64,000 bases of DNA from the human T2T-CHM13v2.0 reference genome, Homo sapiens: the NCBI RefSeq assembly GCF_009914755.1, contig NC_060937.1. One strand, written 5' to 3'. Shown here one piece after another: positions 27,040-42,633 of the stretch. Each line of letters begins with the position of its first letter. Position 1 is the first letter of the stretch. The position numbers were made by a program, and so were the translations under genes. Under the pieces are notes generated by a model. The model searched no databases, was not told the origin of the DNA, and worked only from the letters and a program-made list of their open reading frames with translations.

Positions 27040-27828
27040 TTTGGAAGAAAAGTTAAATATTCAATTTTATCTCAATTGAACATGGACACAAACAATGGTC
27101 ACCAAGTCCCGGAACAGGTTCTGTGAGTTTCTTCAGGCGTTCATCCACCAGTGTCTCAGAGAAATTTCTATTTTAATCTGTTCCTGTATGTTAGTTATTG
27201 AAAAACAACAGACAATCGCCAAAAATTTGACATTTTTGTGGTTTTTGAGCCCAGTAGTGAAGAGTCCTCGTTACCCGGCCTTATGCCAAAGAACTCCTTA
27301 CAAAAAGAGCTAGGGTCCCAGATGGCACTAGAGCTTCCTGAGACCTCTCCTCATCTCTGCAGGGATGAGGGGCCAACTCTGTAGCCCAGGCTGTTGCTTC
27401 CCGGTCTGTTGATGAATCCTCCATAGTCTGGTGAGTGTAGTGTCTGACTCTGGAGCCCAGGCTATTGCTTCTCTGTCTGGTGATGCTTCCTCCATACTCT
27501 GTAGTCTGCTGTGTGTAAACATATGTATATATATATATACATATATATGTATATAATTTATACATATAACTGTAAATAAAAATAATTGTATAATGTACAT
27601 AATTATTTAAATAAATAAATGTAAATAAATACATATATAATTTTATATATATTATATATATTTATATATATAAAAATATATATATTTTTTCCCTTCTCAT
27701 ATCAATTTGCTTATCATATCATTTACTTATTATATCTGTATTGCCATATAATTGAGACAAAAGATGTTTACCCTTAAAAGTATTGTGTGTGCCTTTTCTT
27801 CTTCCTCATGCATCTCCCATGCAGAACA
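27040..27828 (+). mobile_element. LTR66-like 3' LTR with internal duplication and TA expansion
   Basis: ggaagaaaagttaaatatt...acaatggtcaccaagtcccggaacagg...cccttaaaagtattgtgtgtg...gcagaaca. Confidence 0.75.
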
Positions 27829-27969
27829 CATGCCTGACAAATTTTTATATTTTTAGTGGAGACTGGGTTTAGCCATGTTGGCCAGGCTGATCTCAAACTC
27901 CTGACCTCAGGTGATCCTTCCATCTCGGCATCCCAAAGTGCTGAGATTATAGGCATGAAACACCCAGCC
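27829..27969 (-). mobile_element. Alu left-arm fragment
   Basis: ctcctgacctcaggtgatcc...cccaaagtgctgagattatagg. Confidence 0.85.
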
Positions 27970-27976
27970 AGGAGGA

Positions 27977-28900
27977 GGCATTTCTACAAAGAAAACATAC
28001 AAATGGCAAACAGGCATATAAATGTTGCTAAACATCATTAAACCTCAGAGAAATGCAAATCAGAACTACAATAAGATATTATCTCACTCCAGTTAAAATG
28101 TCTTATATCCCAAAGACAGACAATAACAAGTGCTGACGAGGATGTGGAGAAAACTTTAGTGCACTCTTGGTGGGAATGTAAATTAGTATAACCACTATAA
28201 AAAAGTGTGGAGGTTCCTCAAAAAGCTAAAAATTGAGCTGCCACAGCTACAATGCAACCCAACAATCCCAGTGATGGGCATTGACACAAAAGAAAGAAAA
28301 TCGGCTTGTTGCTGCACTGTTTACAATAGTTAAGATTTGAAAGCAAACTGTCTACAAATGAATGAATGTATAAAAAAAGTAGTACATATATACATTGGAG
28401 TAGTATTCAGCCATAAAAATGAGATTTTGTCTTTTACGACAACATGGATAAAAGAGAAGAGTATGTTAAGTGAAATAAGCCAGGCACAGAAAGATAAACA
28501 CTGTGCGTTCTCACTTATTCGTGGGATGGAAGAATTAATACAACTGAATTCACGGACATAGAGAGCAGAAGGATGGTTTTCAGAGGCTAAGAAAGACAGT
28601 GGAGGCTGGGGGAAAGGTGGGGACTGTTAATGTGTACAAAAAAATAGAATAAATAAGACATATTATTTGATAGCACAACGAGATGACTCTGGTCAATAAT
28701 AATGTAATTGTGCATTTTAAACTAGCTAAGAAGGAATAATCAGATTTTAACCCAAAGAATAAATGCTTGAGTGGGTGGATATCCCATTCTCTATGATGTG
28801 ATTATTATGCATTGCGAGACCGCATCAAAACATCTCATGAACCCCATAAGTATATACACCTACAATGCATCCTCAAAAATTACAAATTAACTGAAGTAAA
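27977..28900 (+). mobile_element. L1MA 3' fragment
   Basis: ORF2 end ILSFTTTW...LSEISQAQKDK followed by an L1MA-type 3' UTR. Confidence 0.85.
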
Positions 28901-29100
28901 TAAAATAAAACTATTTAAAAATAAAATATCATAACATTAACTAGCCCCAGAAATATAAGATTTTAATGAAATAAAAATGCCTCTATAATAATCAAACAGT
29001 GAGAAGAAAGTCACACTTTACTCCTATTTTTGTTTCTGATCTATCTTCTATCTAGTTTCAAGTTGTAGAATTTTCTTTTTTCATTTCTAATTAAATTTTA

Positions 29101-31970
<2,870 letters not shown>

Positions 31971-32374
31971 TTAATAAACAGATAACATCAAACATTCAAC
32001 TAATCCAATAAAAAGAAATTTTATTCATTTGAGAATGTGTTTTCCAGAGCATACTTATATATTACGTTTTAACTTCATAATTTATATTTTATAAAAACAT
32101 AACTAATTCAAGTTAATCTTCTCTAATTTTTAATTCAATTGAATTTTTATCAGGATCACTATATTTAAACAAAAATTACCTGAATTTTTCACATCATAAT
32201 TTATAGATTCTGCTTCTACAAATTGTCTGTAGGGACCATTATTTCTACACGGTCTACTTTCCTGGGTTAAGTGGTGGATACCCAAATGTTTTTGGGAATA
32301 ATGTTTTCTTATATCAGTTTTTAGTCAGTGATACGTTGCACCATGTTTAATTTTAAGCATTATCAGTTTTCTTT

Positions 32375-34424
32375 TTTTTTTTTAATTGATCATTCTTGGG
32401 TGTTTCTCGCAGAGGGGGATTTGGCAGGGTCACAGGACAATAGTGGAGGGAAGGTCAGCAGATAAACAAGTGAACAAAGGTCTCTGGTTTTCCTAGGCAG
32501 AGGACCCTGTGGCCTTCCGCAGTGTTTGTGTCCCTGGGTACTTGAGATTAGGGAGTGGTGATGACTCTTAAGGAGCATGCTGCCTTCAAGCATCTGTTTA
32601 ACAAAGCACATCTTGCACCGCCCTTAATCCATTCAACCCTGAGTGGATACAGCCCATGTTTCAGAGAGCACAGGGTTGGGGGTAAGGTCACAGATCAACA
32701 GGATCCCAAGGCAGAAGAATTTTTCTTAGTACAGAACAAAATGAAAAGTCTCCCATGTCTACCTCTTTCTACACAGACACGGCAACCATCCGATTTCTCA
32801 ATCTTTTCCCCACCTTTCCCCCCTTTCTATTCCACAAAACCGCCATTGTCATCATGGCCCATTCTCAATGAGCTGTTGGGTACACCTCCCAGACGGGGTG
32901 GTGGCAGGGCAGAGGGGCTCCTCACTTCTCAGTAGGGGCGGCTGGGCAGAGGCGCCCTTCACCTCCCGGACGGGGCGGCTGGCCAGGCGGGGGGCTGACC
33001 CCCCCACCTCCCTCCTGGACAGGGCGGCTGGCCGGGCGAGGGGCTGACCCCCTCACCTCCCTCCCGGACGGGGCGGCTGGCCGGGCGGGGGGCTGACCCC
33101 CCACCTCCCTCCCGGACGGGGCAGCTGACCGGGCGGGGGGCTGACCCCCCAACTTCCCTCCCGGATGGGGTGGCTGGCCGGGCAGAGGGGCTCCTCAGTT
33201 CCCAGTAGGGGCGGCCGGGCAGAGTCGCCCCTCACCTCCCGGACGGGGCGGCTGGCAGGGCGGGGGGCTGACCCGCCCACCTCCCTCCCCCCCAGAAGGG
33301 GTGGCTGGTCGGGCGGGGGGCTGATCCCCCACCTCCCTCCCAGACGGGGCGGCTGGCCGGGCAGAGGGGCTCCTCACTTCCCATCAGGGGCTGCCGGGCA
33401 GAGGCGCCCCTCACTTCCCGGATGGGGCGGCTGGCCAGGCGGGGGGCTAACCCACCCACCTCCCTCCCGGAGGAGGCGGCTGGCCGGGCGGGCGGCTGAC
33501 CCCCCACCTCCCTCCCGCATGGGGTGGCTGGCCAGGCAGGGGGCTGACCCCCCCACCTCACTCCCGAACGAGGTGGCTGCCAGGCGGAGATGCTCCTCAC
33601 TTCCGAGACGGGGTGACTGCCGGGCGGAGGGGCTCCTCACTTCTCAGACGGGGTGGTTGCCAGGCAGAGGGTCTCCTCACTTCTCAGACGGGGCGGCCGG
33701 GCAGAGACATTCCTCACATCCCGGACGGGGCGGCAGGGCAGAGGTGCTCCCCACATCTCAGATGATGGGCGGCCGGGCAGAGACGCTCCTCACTTCCCAG
33801 ATGTGATGGCGGCCGGGAAGAGGCGCTCCTCACTTCCTAGATGGGATGGCGGCCGGGCAGAGACGCTCCTCACTTTCCAGACTGGGCAGCCAGGCAGAGG
33901 GGCTCCTCACATCCCAGACGATGGGCGGCCAGGTGGAGACGCTCCTCACTTCCCAGACGGGGTGGCAGGCGGGCAGAGGCTGCAATCTCGGCACTTTGGG
34001 AGGCCAAGGCAGGCTGCTGGGAGGTGGAGGTTGTAGCGAGCCGAGATCACGCCACTGCACTCCAGCCTGGGCACCATTGAGCACTGAGTGAACGAGTCTC
34101 CGTCTGCAATCCCGGCACCTCGGGAGGCCGAGGCTGGCGGATCACTCGCGGTTAGGAGCTCAGCCCGGCCAACACAGCGAAACCCCGTCTCCACCAAAAA
34201 AATACGAAAACCAGTCAGGCGTGGCGGCGCGCGCCTGCAATCGCAGGCACTCGGCAGGCTGAGGCAGGAGAATCAGGCAGGGAGGTTGCAGTGAGCCGAG
34301 ATGGCAGCAGTACCATCCAGCTTCGGCTCGGCATCAGAGGGAGACCGTGGAAAGAGAGGGAGAGAGAGACCGTGGGGAGACGGAGAGGGTGAGGGAGAGG
34401 GAGAGGGAGAGGGAGAGGGAGAGC
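32375..34424 (-). mobile_element. Full-length SVA (SVA_D-like)
   Basis: Poly(T), SINE-R, GC-rich VNTR (about 32890-33970), Alu-like domain and (CCCTCT)n hexamers; TSD TATCAGTTTTCTTT at 32361-32374 and 34425-34438. Confidence 0.97.
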
Positions 34425-35367
34425 TATCAGTTTTCTTTCTTGTGCATTATTTTCACAGTAATATAAATTATGGACATCAAAATATCCTCAGGGTTAAAAA
34501 TGTTGGAGTCCAAGCATTCTATATTCTTGATTTGTATGGTTTCAATTATGACTCAGCATTTTAGGAAAACATTGGCTCTATAATCTGTCACCCTCACCCC
34601 ATTTAAATAAAAACATACTTTTTTGGACACAAGGATCAGGCATACACATCTACACAGTGGATCACATCATTTTTGGGGGCAAACTGAAAACTGTTTTTAT
34701 ACTCAAACATACTGTTGGGAAACTGTGAAATAAAAATTTCTGATGTTTGTTAAAAATTGGGAAGAAAGACATTAATACTATTGTAGTAGATTTTATGGCC
34801 ATCGTAATAGGGTTCAGTTCAGAAATTGATCATAACTCTGAACACAGACAACGAAGAATTTATAGTCAATAAGCAGAATAAATCAGTGGATAAGAATTAT
34901 TGAAAAACATTTGATAAAATACCAAAGGAGGAAGAGGAACTTTTTATAGCAGAAGCCTGGTTACAGGTTGGCTAAGGACTTAAATATCAAAGAAAGGGAA
35001 TCACGATATTAGTAGACATAAGGGATATGTGGATTTTTACTAAACAGTATTAGCAGGATTTATGAAAGTGAGCCTCTCAAACCAGGAGCAGGGCAAGAAG
35101 TCAAGGTTGGCTTAGTCAAAAAGAGGGTTCAGTTAAGCTTGACTAACATTTGGTCATAAAGGGAGTGCTTACAAGAACCCAGATTTTTTTCCCATCTGAT
35201 CTGTAAATAAATAATCACCAAAAAAGGCTTTGTTTGAAAAATGAGTGCCCACTTCACCTGAGAAAACCTCCATCTTCTTCTGTTTACCTTTGAATTTAGT
35301 GTAGAAAAAGAGCACTTGTCATTGCCACAGTTTTAATTTTGCTTTCACTCTTAAAAACAGAGAGTCA

Positions 35368-35590
35368 GGGCTGGGTGTGGTGGTTCATGCCTGTAATCCC
35401 AGCATTTTGGGCATGGTGATGCAAGCACACCTGTAATCCCAGCTACTTGAAAGGCTGAGGCAGGAGAATCACTTGAACCCAAGGGTCAGAGGTTGCAGTG
35501 AGCCAAAATCACACCACTGCACTCCAGCCTGGTGACAGAGTGAGACTCCATCAAACAAAACAAAACAAAACAAAACAAAACAAAACACAA
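35368..35590 (+). mobile_element. Internally deleted Alu with (CAAAA)n tail
   Basis: About 40 nt of left arm joined directly to the right arm at ttttgggcatggtg. Confidence 0.85.
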
Positions 35591-38500
35591 AATTAGAAAT
35601 TTAGTTTTATTCAAACAGCAACTTACAAACACAAAGGTTATAGTTTCTGACCCCTATTCAAGACAATTGGTTGTAACCATAAGTATTGATGGGACTTCAG
35701 GGAGATTCCTCAGATGGAGCTGATGCAGCTGTGCAAGCCACTTTGACCTTGCATCTTTCCTACTTCTTAGCCTTTGAAATGGACATGGTTGCTGGTGCAG
35801 GCTTGTGCTCCTACAGCCAGCCATATGGGACCATGAGACAGCCTACAGGATAAAAACCATCTACTGAAATATTGTAGCAAAGTGTGCCAAGAGGGCTGAC
35901 TAGAAGTAGCTATGGTGTGTGGCTTTCATGAAAAGAAACAAAGAGGGAAAATAAATACAGCACCATCAACTGAAACACCCAGATATTTGCAGTGGGACTA
36001 ATGAAGGAAACAGCTCAACCCATGGGAAAAAGAAGGGCATGGCAAACGCCCACCCGGGAGTAACACAGACCAAAGGGAACCTACCCTGCCCAAGGAAGTG
36101 GTGAGCAAATACGTGACCCTGAGAAACCACACTTCTCCCATGGATCTTTGCAACTCTCGGGTCAGGAGATTTTCTCGTAAACTTATTCCACCAGGGCCTT
36201 TGGTCTGATACACAGAGCTGCGTGTTCCCGGCAGAACAACTGCTCAGACACAAACAGAATCGCAGGAGCTTTACATACGTTGGCTCTGAGATCTCTGGCA
36301 AAGGTGACTGCAACTCAGACAAGGTGGGAGGTTGGATCTCCGTAAATGCCCCTAGAAAGGAAGCTGAATCCATGGGCCTGAGCAGCATCAGTGGGCCCCA
36401 CTTCCATGACGCCTCACAGGATAAGACCTACTGGCTTGGAATTCCATCCAGCCCCCAGCAACAGCATTGCAATTACCTGGGATGGAACAACGTTCCTGGA
36501 GGCAGGGGCTGGCTGCTATATTTGCTGTTTGGATGACTCAGCCATTCCAGCCTGGAGGTTTAGGAGAGTTAAAAAAAAAAAAACTCATGGCAGATGGAAG
36601 AAATCCCTTAGCACGGCACATTGGCCCTCCCAAAGTTTGGCCGGACTACTTCTTGAAGTGGGACCCAGATACCTTTTTCATCTCAGAGTGGGGCCTCCTA
36701 CCAGAGCCTCCAGACAGCCCCTTCCATATTCTCCGGCAGGCAGAGTTTTGATTTATTCCTGGATGCAGTGCACATTGGGAGCAGTGGGTCTTCATATTTG
36801 TTGTTTGGAGAACTCAGCCATAACAATCAGTGGGCTTAGGAGAGTCCAAACCATCCCAGGGAAGAAGGAATCCCCCAGCATAGCACAGTGGATCTGCCAT
36901 AATGTGATCAGATTGCTTCTTTAAGTGGGACCTAATATGCTCTGCATCTCTGGGTGGAACTTCCCAACCAGGGCCTCCAGCAACTCCCACTGATGTTGTC
37001 TGGCTGGCAGAGGTTTAAAAACTTCCTGGGCCAGAGTTCCTAGAGAGAGGGGTTGGCCACCATCTTTGCTGTTTCAGCCTCCAGGCTTTGGAGAGCCCAA
37101 TCTGATGAAGGGCAGAAATGGTACCCCGCACAGCATGGCTGATCTATGAAAGTGGGGCTAGATGGCTTAAGTGGGTCCCCAATCCTATTCCTCCTAGCTG
37201 GGTGAGACCTACCAACTGGGGTTTCCAGTCACCTCCTACAGGTGTGTTCGAGCCCTCAACATGTCTGCACCCGCCCTGGGATGGAGCTCCCAGGGAAGGG
37301 AGTGGGCTGCTATCTTTCTTGTTTCACAGCCTTCACTGGTGATACCCCCAGATACTGGAAAATCCGAGGTGACAAGAGAGTGGAGCAGATGCCCAACAAA
37401 CTACAGCAGCCCCACACAAAATGGCCAAACAGTTAAAAGGAAGAGAAACAAACAAAAATCTCATTCAAAGGCCAGCAACCTCAAAGATTAAAGATAGATA
37501 GGCACACAAAGGTGAGAATCACAACAAGAATACTAAAAACTCAAAAATCAGGGTGCTCTCCCTCTCCCAAACGACCACACTACTTCTCCAGCAAGAGTTC
37601 AGAATAAGGGTGAGGCTGTGATCCCTGAAATAACAGAAGTAGACCCCAGAATGTGGATAAAAATGAACTTCACTGATCTAAAGGAGCATGCTCTAACTCA
37701 ATACAAGAAAGCTAAAAATTACAATATAATATTGCAGGAGCTGACAAACAAATTAGCCAGGATAGAGAGGAGCCTAACCAACCCGATAGCACTGTAAAAC
37801 ACAATACAAAAATTTCATAATGCAATCACAAGTATTAATGAGGAAAGAAACTCAGAGCTTGAAGTTTGTATTTCTGAAAGAAGACATGCAGAGAAGAATA
37901 GAAAAAAAGAATGAAAGGAATAAACAAAACCTTTGAGAAATATGGGATTATGTAAAGAGACCAAATCTACAACTGATTGGTGTACTTGAAAGAGCTGGGG
38001 AGAATGGAACCAATCAGGAAAACATATTTCAGGATATCATCAATGAGAACTTCCCCAACCTTGCTACACTGGCCAACAATTCAGAAAATGGAGAGAAGTT
38101 CAGTAAGATACTCCAAGAAAAAATCATACCCAAGACACGTAAACGTCAGATTCCCCAAACTTGAAATGGAAGAAAAAAAAAGAAAAAAAAGCTCAGCCGC
38201 AGAGAAAAGCCAAGTCACCTACAAAAAGAAGTTGATCAGACTAAGAGCAGAGCTGTCAGTGAGAACCCTACAAGCCAAAAGAGATTGGGGGCCAATATTT
38301 AACGTTCTTAAAGAAAATAAACTTTAAGCCAGAATTTTATATCTGGCCAAACTAAGCTTAATCTGGGGAGAAATAACATCCCTTTCAGACAAGCAAATTC
38401 CGAGTTAATTCATGAACACCAGACATGCTTTTCAAGAGCTCCTGAAGGAAGCACCAATTTGGAAAGGGAAAATTATTACCAGCCACCATAAAAACACACT

Positions 38501-40164
38501 CAAGTACACAGACCATTGACACTATAAATCAACCACATAAACAAGTCTGAAAAATAAAAATAACCAGCTAGCATCAAGATAACAAGATAAAATCTACGCA
38601 TAACAATACTTAACTTAAATGTAAATGGGATAAATGCCCCAGTTGAAACACACAGGGTGGCAATTGTATAAAAACCAAGACCCATTGGTATGCTCTTCAA
38701 GACACCCATCTCACATGCGGGGACACACATAGGCTAAAAATAAAGGGATGGAGGAAATTTCACCAAGCAAGTGGAAAACCTAAAAAAGCAAGGGTTGCAG
38801 TCTTACTTTCCAACAAAACAGACTTTAAACCAACACAGATTAAAAACAACAACAACAACAAAGAGGGTCATTACATAATGGCAAAGAATTCAATTCAACA
38901 AGAATTAACTATTCTAAATATATATGCACCCAACACAAGAGTACCCAGATTCATATAACAAGTTTCTAGATATCTTGAAAGAGACTTAGAACACCACACA
39001 ATAATAGTGACCGACTTTAACATCCCACTGACAGTATTAGAAAGATTATTGAGACAGAAAATTAACAAAGGTGTTCAGGACCTGAACTTAGCTCTGGATC
39101 AAATGGACATGATATATATTTACAGAACTCTCCACATGAAAACAGCAGAATATACATTCTTCTCATCACTACATGACACTTTCTCTGAAATTGGTCACTT
39201 AGCCAGAAGTAAAACACTCTTCAGCAAATGCAAAAGAACTGAAATCATAATAAACAGTGGCTCAGATCACAGCACAATCAAATTAAAACTCACGATGAAA
39301 TAATTTACTGAAAACCATAAAATTAAATGGAAATTGAATCACCTGCTCCTGAATAACTTTTGGGTAAATAATGAAATTAAGGCAGATATCAAGGAGTTCT
39401 TTGAAACCAATGAGAACAAAGACAAAACATACCAGAATCTCTGGGACACAGCTAAGGCAGTATTAAGATGAAAATTTATGGCATTAAATGCCCACATTAA
39501 AATGCCAGAAATGTCTCAAGTTACAACTTCACAACAAAAATAACTACAGGAACAAGAGCAAAGAAGTTCTAGAGCTAGCAGAAGACAAGAAATAACCAAA
39601 ATCAGACCTGAAATGATGGAGATAGGGACAAGAGAAACCATTCAACAGATCAACAAATTCAGGAGCTGTTTCTTTTTCTTTGAAAAAACCAATAATATAA
39701 ATACACCAGTAGTAGACTAATAAGGAAGAAAATATCAAAAATTAAAATGAACACAATCAGAAATAATAAGGGTTACCACTGACCCCACAGAAATAAAAAT
39801 AACCATCAGAAAATATCATAAACACCTCTATGCCTATAAGATAACAAATTCAGTAGAAATGGATAAATTTCTGGACACATACACCCTTCAAGAATAAACC
39901 AGGAAGAAATTGAATCCCTGAAAAGACAAACAACAGGCTCTGAAATTCAGGCAGTAATAAATAGCCTACAAACCACAAAAAGATCAGAAACACAAAGATT
40001 AAAAGCTGAAGGTTATGACATTTATGAAGAAGAACTGGTACAATTCCCACTAAAATTATTTCAAAAAACTGAAACAGAGGGCTTCCTTCCCGACTCTTTC
40101 TATGAGACCACATCATCCTGGTACCAAAACCTGGCAGACACACAAGAAAAAAAACAAAACTTCA

Positions 40165-41047
40165 AAAAATTTGCAAGAAGAAAACAACCCCATCAAAAAG
40201 TGGGCGAAGGACATGAACAGACGCTTCTCAAAAGAAGACATTTATGCACCCAAAAAACACATGAAAAAATGCTCACCATCACTGGCCATCAGAGAAATGC
40301 AAATCAAAACCACAATGAGATACCATCTCACACCAGTTAGAATGGCAATCATTAAAAAGTCAGGAAACAACAGGTGCTGGAGGAGATGTGGAGAAATAGG
40401 AACACTTTTACACTGTTGGTGGGACTGTAAACTAGTTCAACCATTGTGGAAGTCAGTGTGGCAATTCGTCAGGGATCTAGAACTAGAAATACCATTTGAC
40501 CCAGCCATCCCATTTCTGGGTATATACACAAAGGACTATAAATCATGCTGCTTTAAAGACACATGCACACGTTTGTTTATTGCGGCACTATTCACAATAG
40601 CAAAGACTTGGAACCAACCCAAATGTCCAACAATGATAGACTGGATTAAGAAAATGTGGCACATATACACCATGGAATACTATGCAGCCATAAAAAATGA
40701 TGAGTTCATGTCCTTTGTAGGGACACGGATTAAATTGGAAATCATCATTCTCAGTAAAATATCACAAGAACAAAAAAACCAAACACCGCATGTTCTCACT
40801 CATAGGTGGGAATTGAACAATGAGATCACATGGACACAGGAAGGGGAACATCACACTCTGGGGACTGTTGTGATGAGGGGGGAGGGGAGAAGGATAGCAT
40901 TGGGAGATATACCTAATGCTAAATGACGAGTTAATGGGTGCAGCACACAAGCATGGTGCATGCGTACATATGTAACTAACCTGCACATTGTGCACATGTA
41001 CCCTAAAACTTAAAGTATAATAATAATAAAATAAAAAAAGAAAAAAA
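40165..41047 (+). mobile_element. 5'-truncated young L1PA (L1PA2/3-like) nested in the older L1
   Basis: Open ORF2 C-terminus, young-type 3' UTR and poly(A); AAAACTTCA duplicated at 40156-40164 and 41048-41056; host ORF2 resumes afterwards. Confidence 0.9.
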
Positions 41048-42322
41048 AAAACTTCATGCCAATATTTTTGATGAACATTTATGCAAACATTCTTAACAAA
41101 ATAGGGGCAAACCAAATCCAGCAGCGCATCAGAAAGCTTATCCACCACAATCAAGTAGGCTCCATGTGTGGGATGCAACTTTAATTCAACGTACACAAAT
41201 CAATATGTGATTTATCACATAAACAGAACTAAAGACAAAAGCCACATGATTGTCTGAATAGATGCAGATAAATCTTTGCATCCATAAAATTCAGCATCCA
41301 TTCTTGTAAAAACTCTCAATAAACTAGGTATTGAAAAAAACATACTTCAATATAATAAGAACCATGTATGACAAACCCACAGCCAATATCATACTGAAAG
41401 GGCAAAAGCTGAAAGCATTCCCTTTTAAAACGGGCACAAGACAAGGATGCCCTCTCTCATGACTCCTATTTCAGATAGTATTGGAAGTACTGGGCAGAGC
41501 AATCAGGTAAGAGAAAAAGGCATTCAAATTGAAAGAAAAGAAATTAAACAACACCTGATGTCAGACGACATGATTCTATATCTTGAAAACCCCTATTGTC
41601 TCAACCCCAAAGCTTCTTAAGCTGATAAATATCTTTAACAAAGTCCCAAGATACAAAATAAATGGGCAAAAATCACTAGCACTAAATCCTTATATACCAA
41701 CAACAGTCAAGCCAAGAACAAAATCGTGAATGAACACTCATTCACAGTTACCACAAAAAGAATAAAATACCAAGGAATGTATCTAACAAGAGAAGTGAAA
41801 GGCCACTACAAGGAGAACTATAAACCACTTCTCAAAGAAATCAGACATGACATAAACAAATAGAAAAACATTTCATGCTTATGGATAGAAAGAGTTAATA
41901 TTGTTAAAGTAGACACACTCCACAAAGAAATTTATAGAGTTAATAGTATTTCCGTTAAACTACCAATGACATTTTTCACAAAACTAGAAAAGCTATTTCA
42001 AAATTTATATGGAACCAACAAAGGCCTGAATAGTCAAGACAACCCCAAACAAAAAGAACTAAGCTGGAGGCATCACACTACCCAACTTCAAACTGTGCTA
42101 CAGGGCTACAGAAACCAAAACAGCATGGTACTGGTACAAGAACAGACACACAGACCAATGAAACAGAATAGAGGACCCAGAAATAAGACTGCACACCTAC
42201 AACTAACTGATCTTCGACAAACCTGACAAAAACAAGCAATGAAAAAACGACTCTGTACTCAATAAATGGTGCTGGGATAACTGCCTAGCCATGTGCAAAA
42301 AATTGAAACTGAACCCCTTCCT

Positions 42323-42633
42323 CCATCATCCTCTGCAACTAACACAGGAACAGAAAACTAACCACCGCATATTCTCACTCATAAGTGGGAGTTGAACAAT
42401 AAGAACACATGGACACTGGAAGGGAAACAACACAACTGGGGCTAGTCAGGGAATGGGAGTCGAAGGGAGGGAGAGCATTAGGATAACTAGCTAATGCATG
42501 TGGGACTTGAAGCCTGGATAACGGGCTGATAGGTGCAGTAAACCACCATGGCACACATATACCAATGTAACAAACCTACACATTCTGCACTTGTACTTCA
42601 GAACCCAATTTAAATTTAAAAAATAAAGAAAGA
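42323..42633 (+). mobile_element. Short L1PA8-like 3' end nested in the older L1
   Basis: 3' UTR (ctaatgcatgtggg...aggtgcagtaaaccaccatggcac) interrupts host ORF2 at ccccttcct|tacatcatatac. Confidence 0.8.

Noticed and set aside
32922-34294. Many overlapping G/P/R-rich ORFs and a spaced-repeat array
   Set aside because: SVA VNTR and Alu-like domain; GC richness suppresses stops. Not CRISPR: no unique spacers or cas genes, and the DNA is primate.
34760-35170. Possible old ERV1 LTR fragments here and at about 22170-22560 and 55035-55660
   Set aside because: LTR-like by eye but too degenerate to assign family or boundaries.
36480-37330. Repeated ~250-290 bp modules (tttgctgtttgg...actcagcca)
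   Set aside because: They lie inside the L1PA13-like 5' UTR and are probably inherited element structure.
40102-40926. 274-aa ORF, the longest in the window
   Set aside because: Chance fusion of a host L1 frame with the ORF2 C-terminus of a nested L1; no promoter or ATG start is evident.
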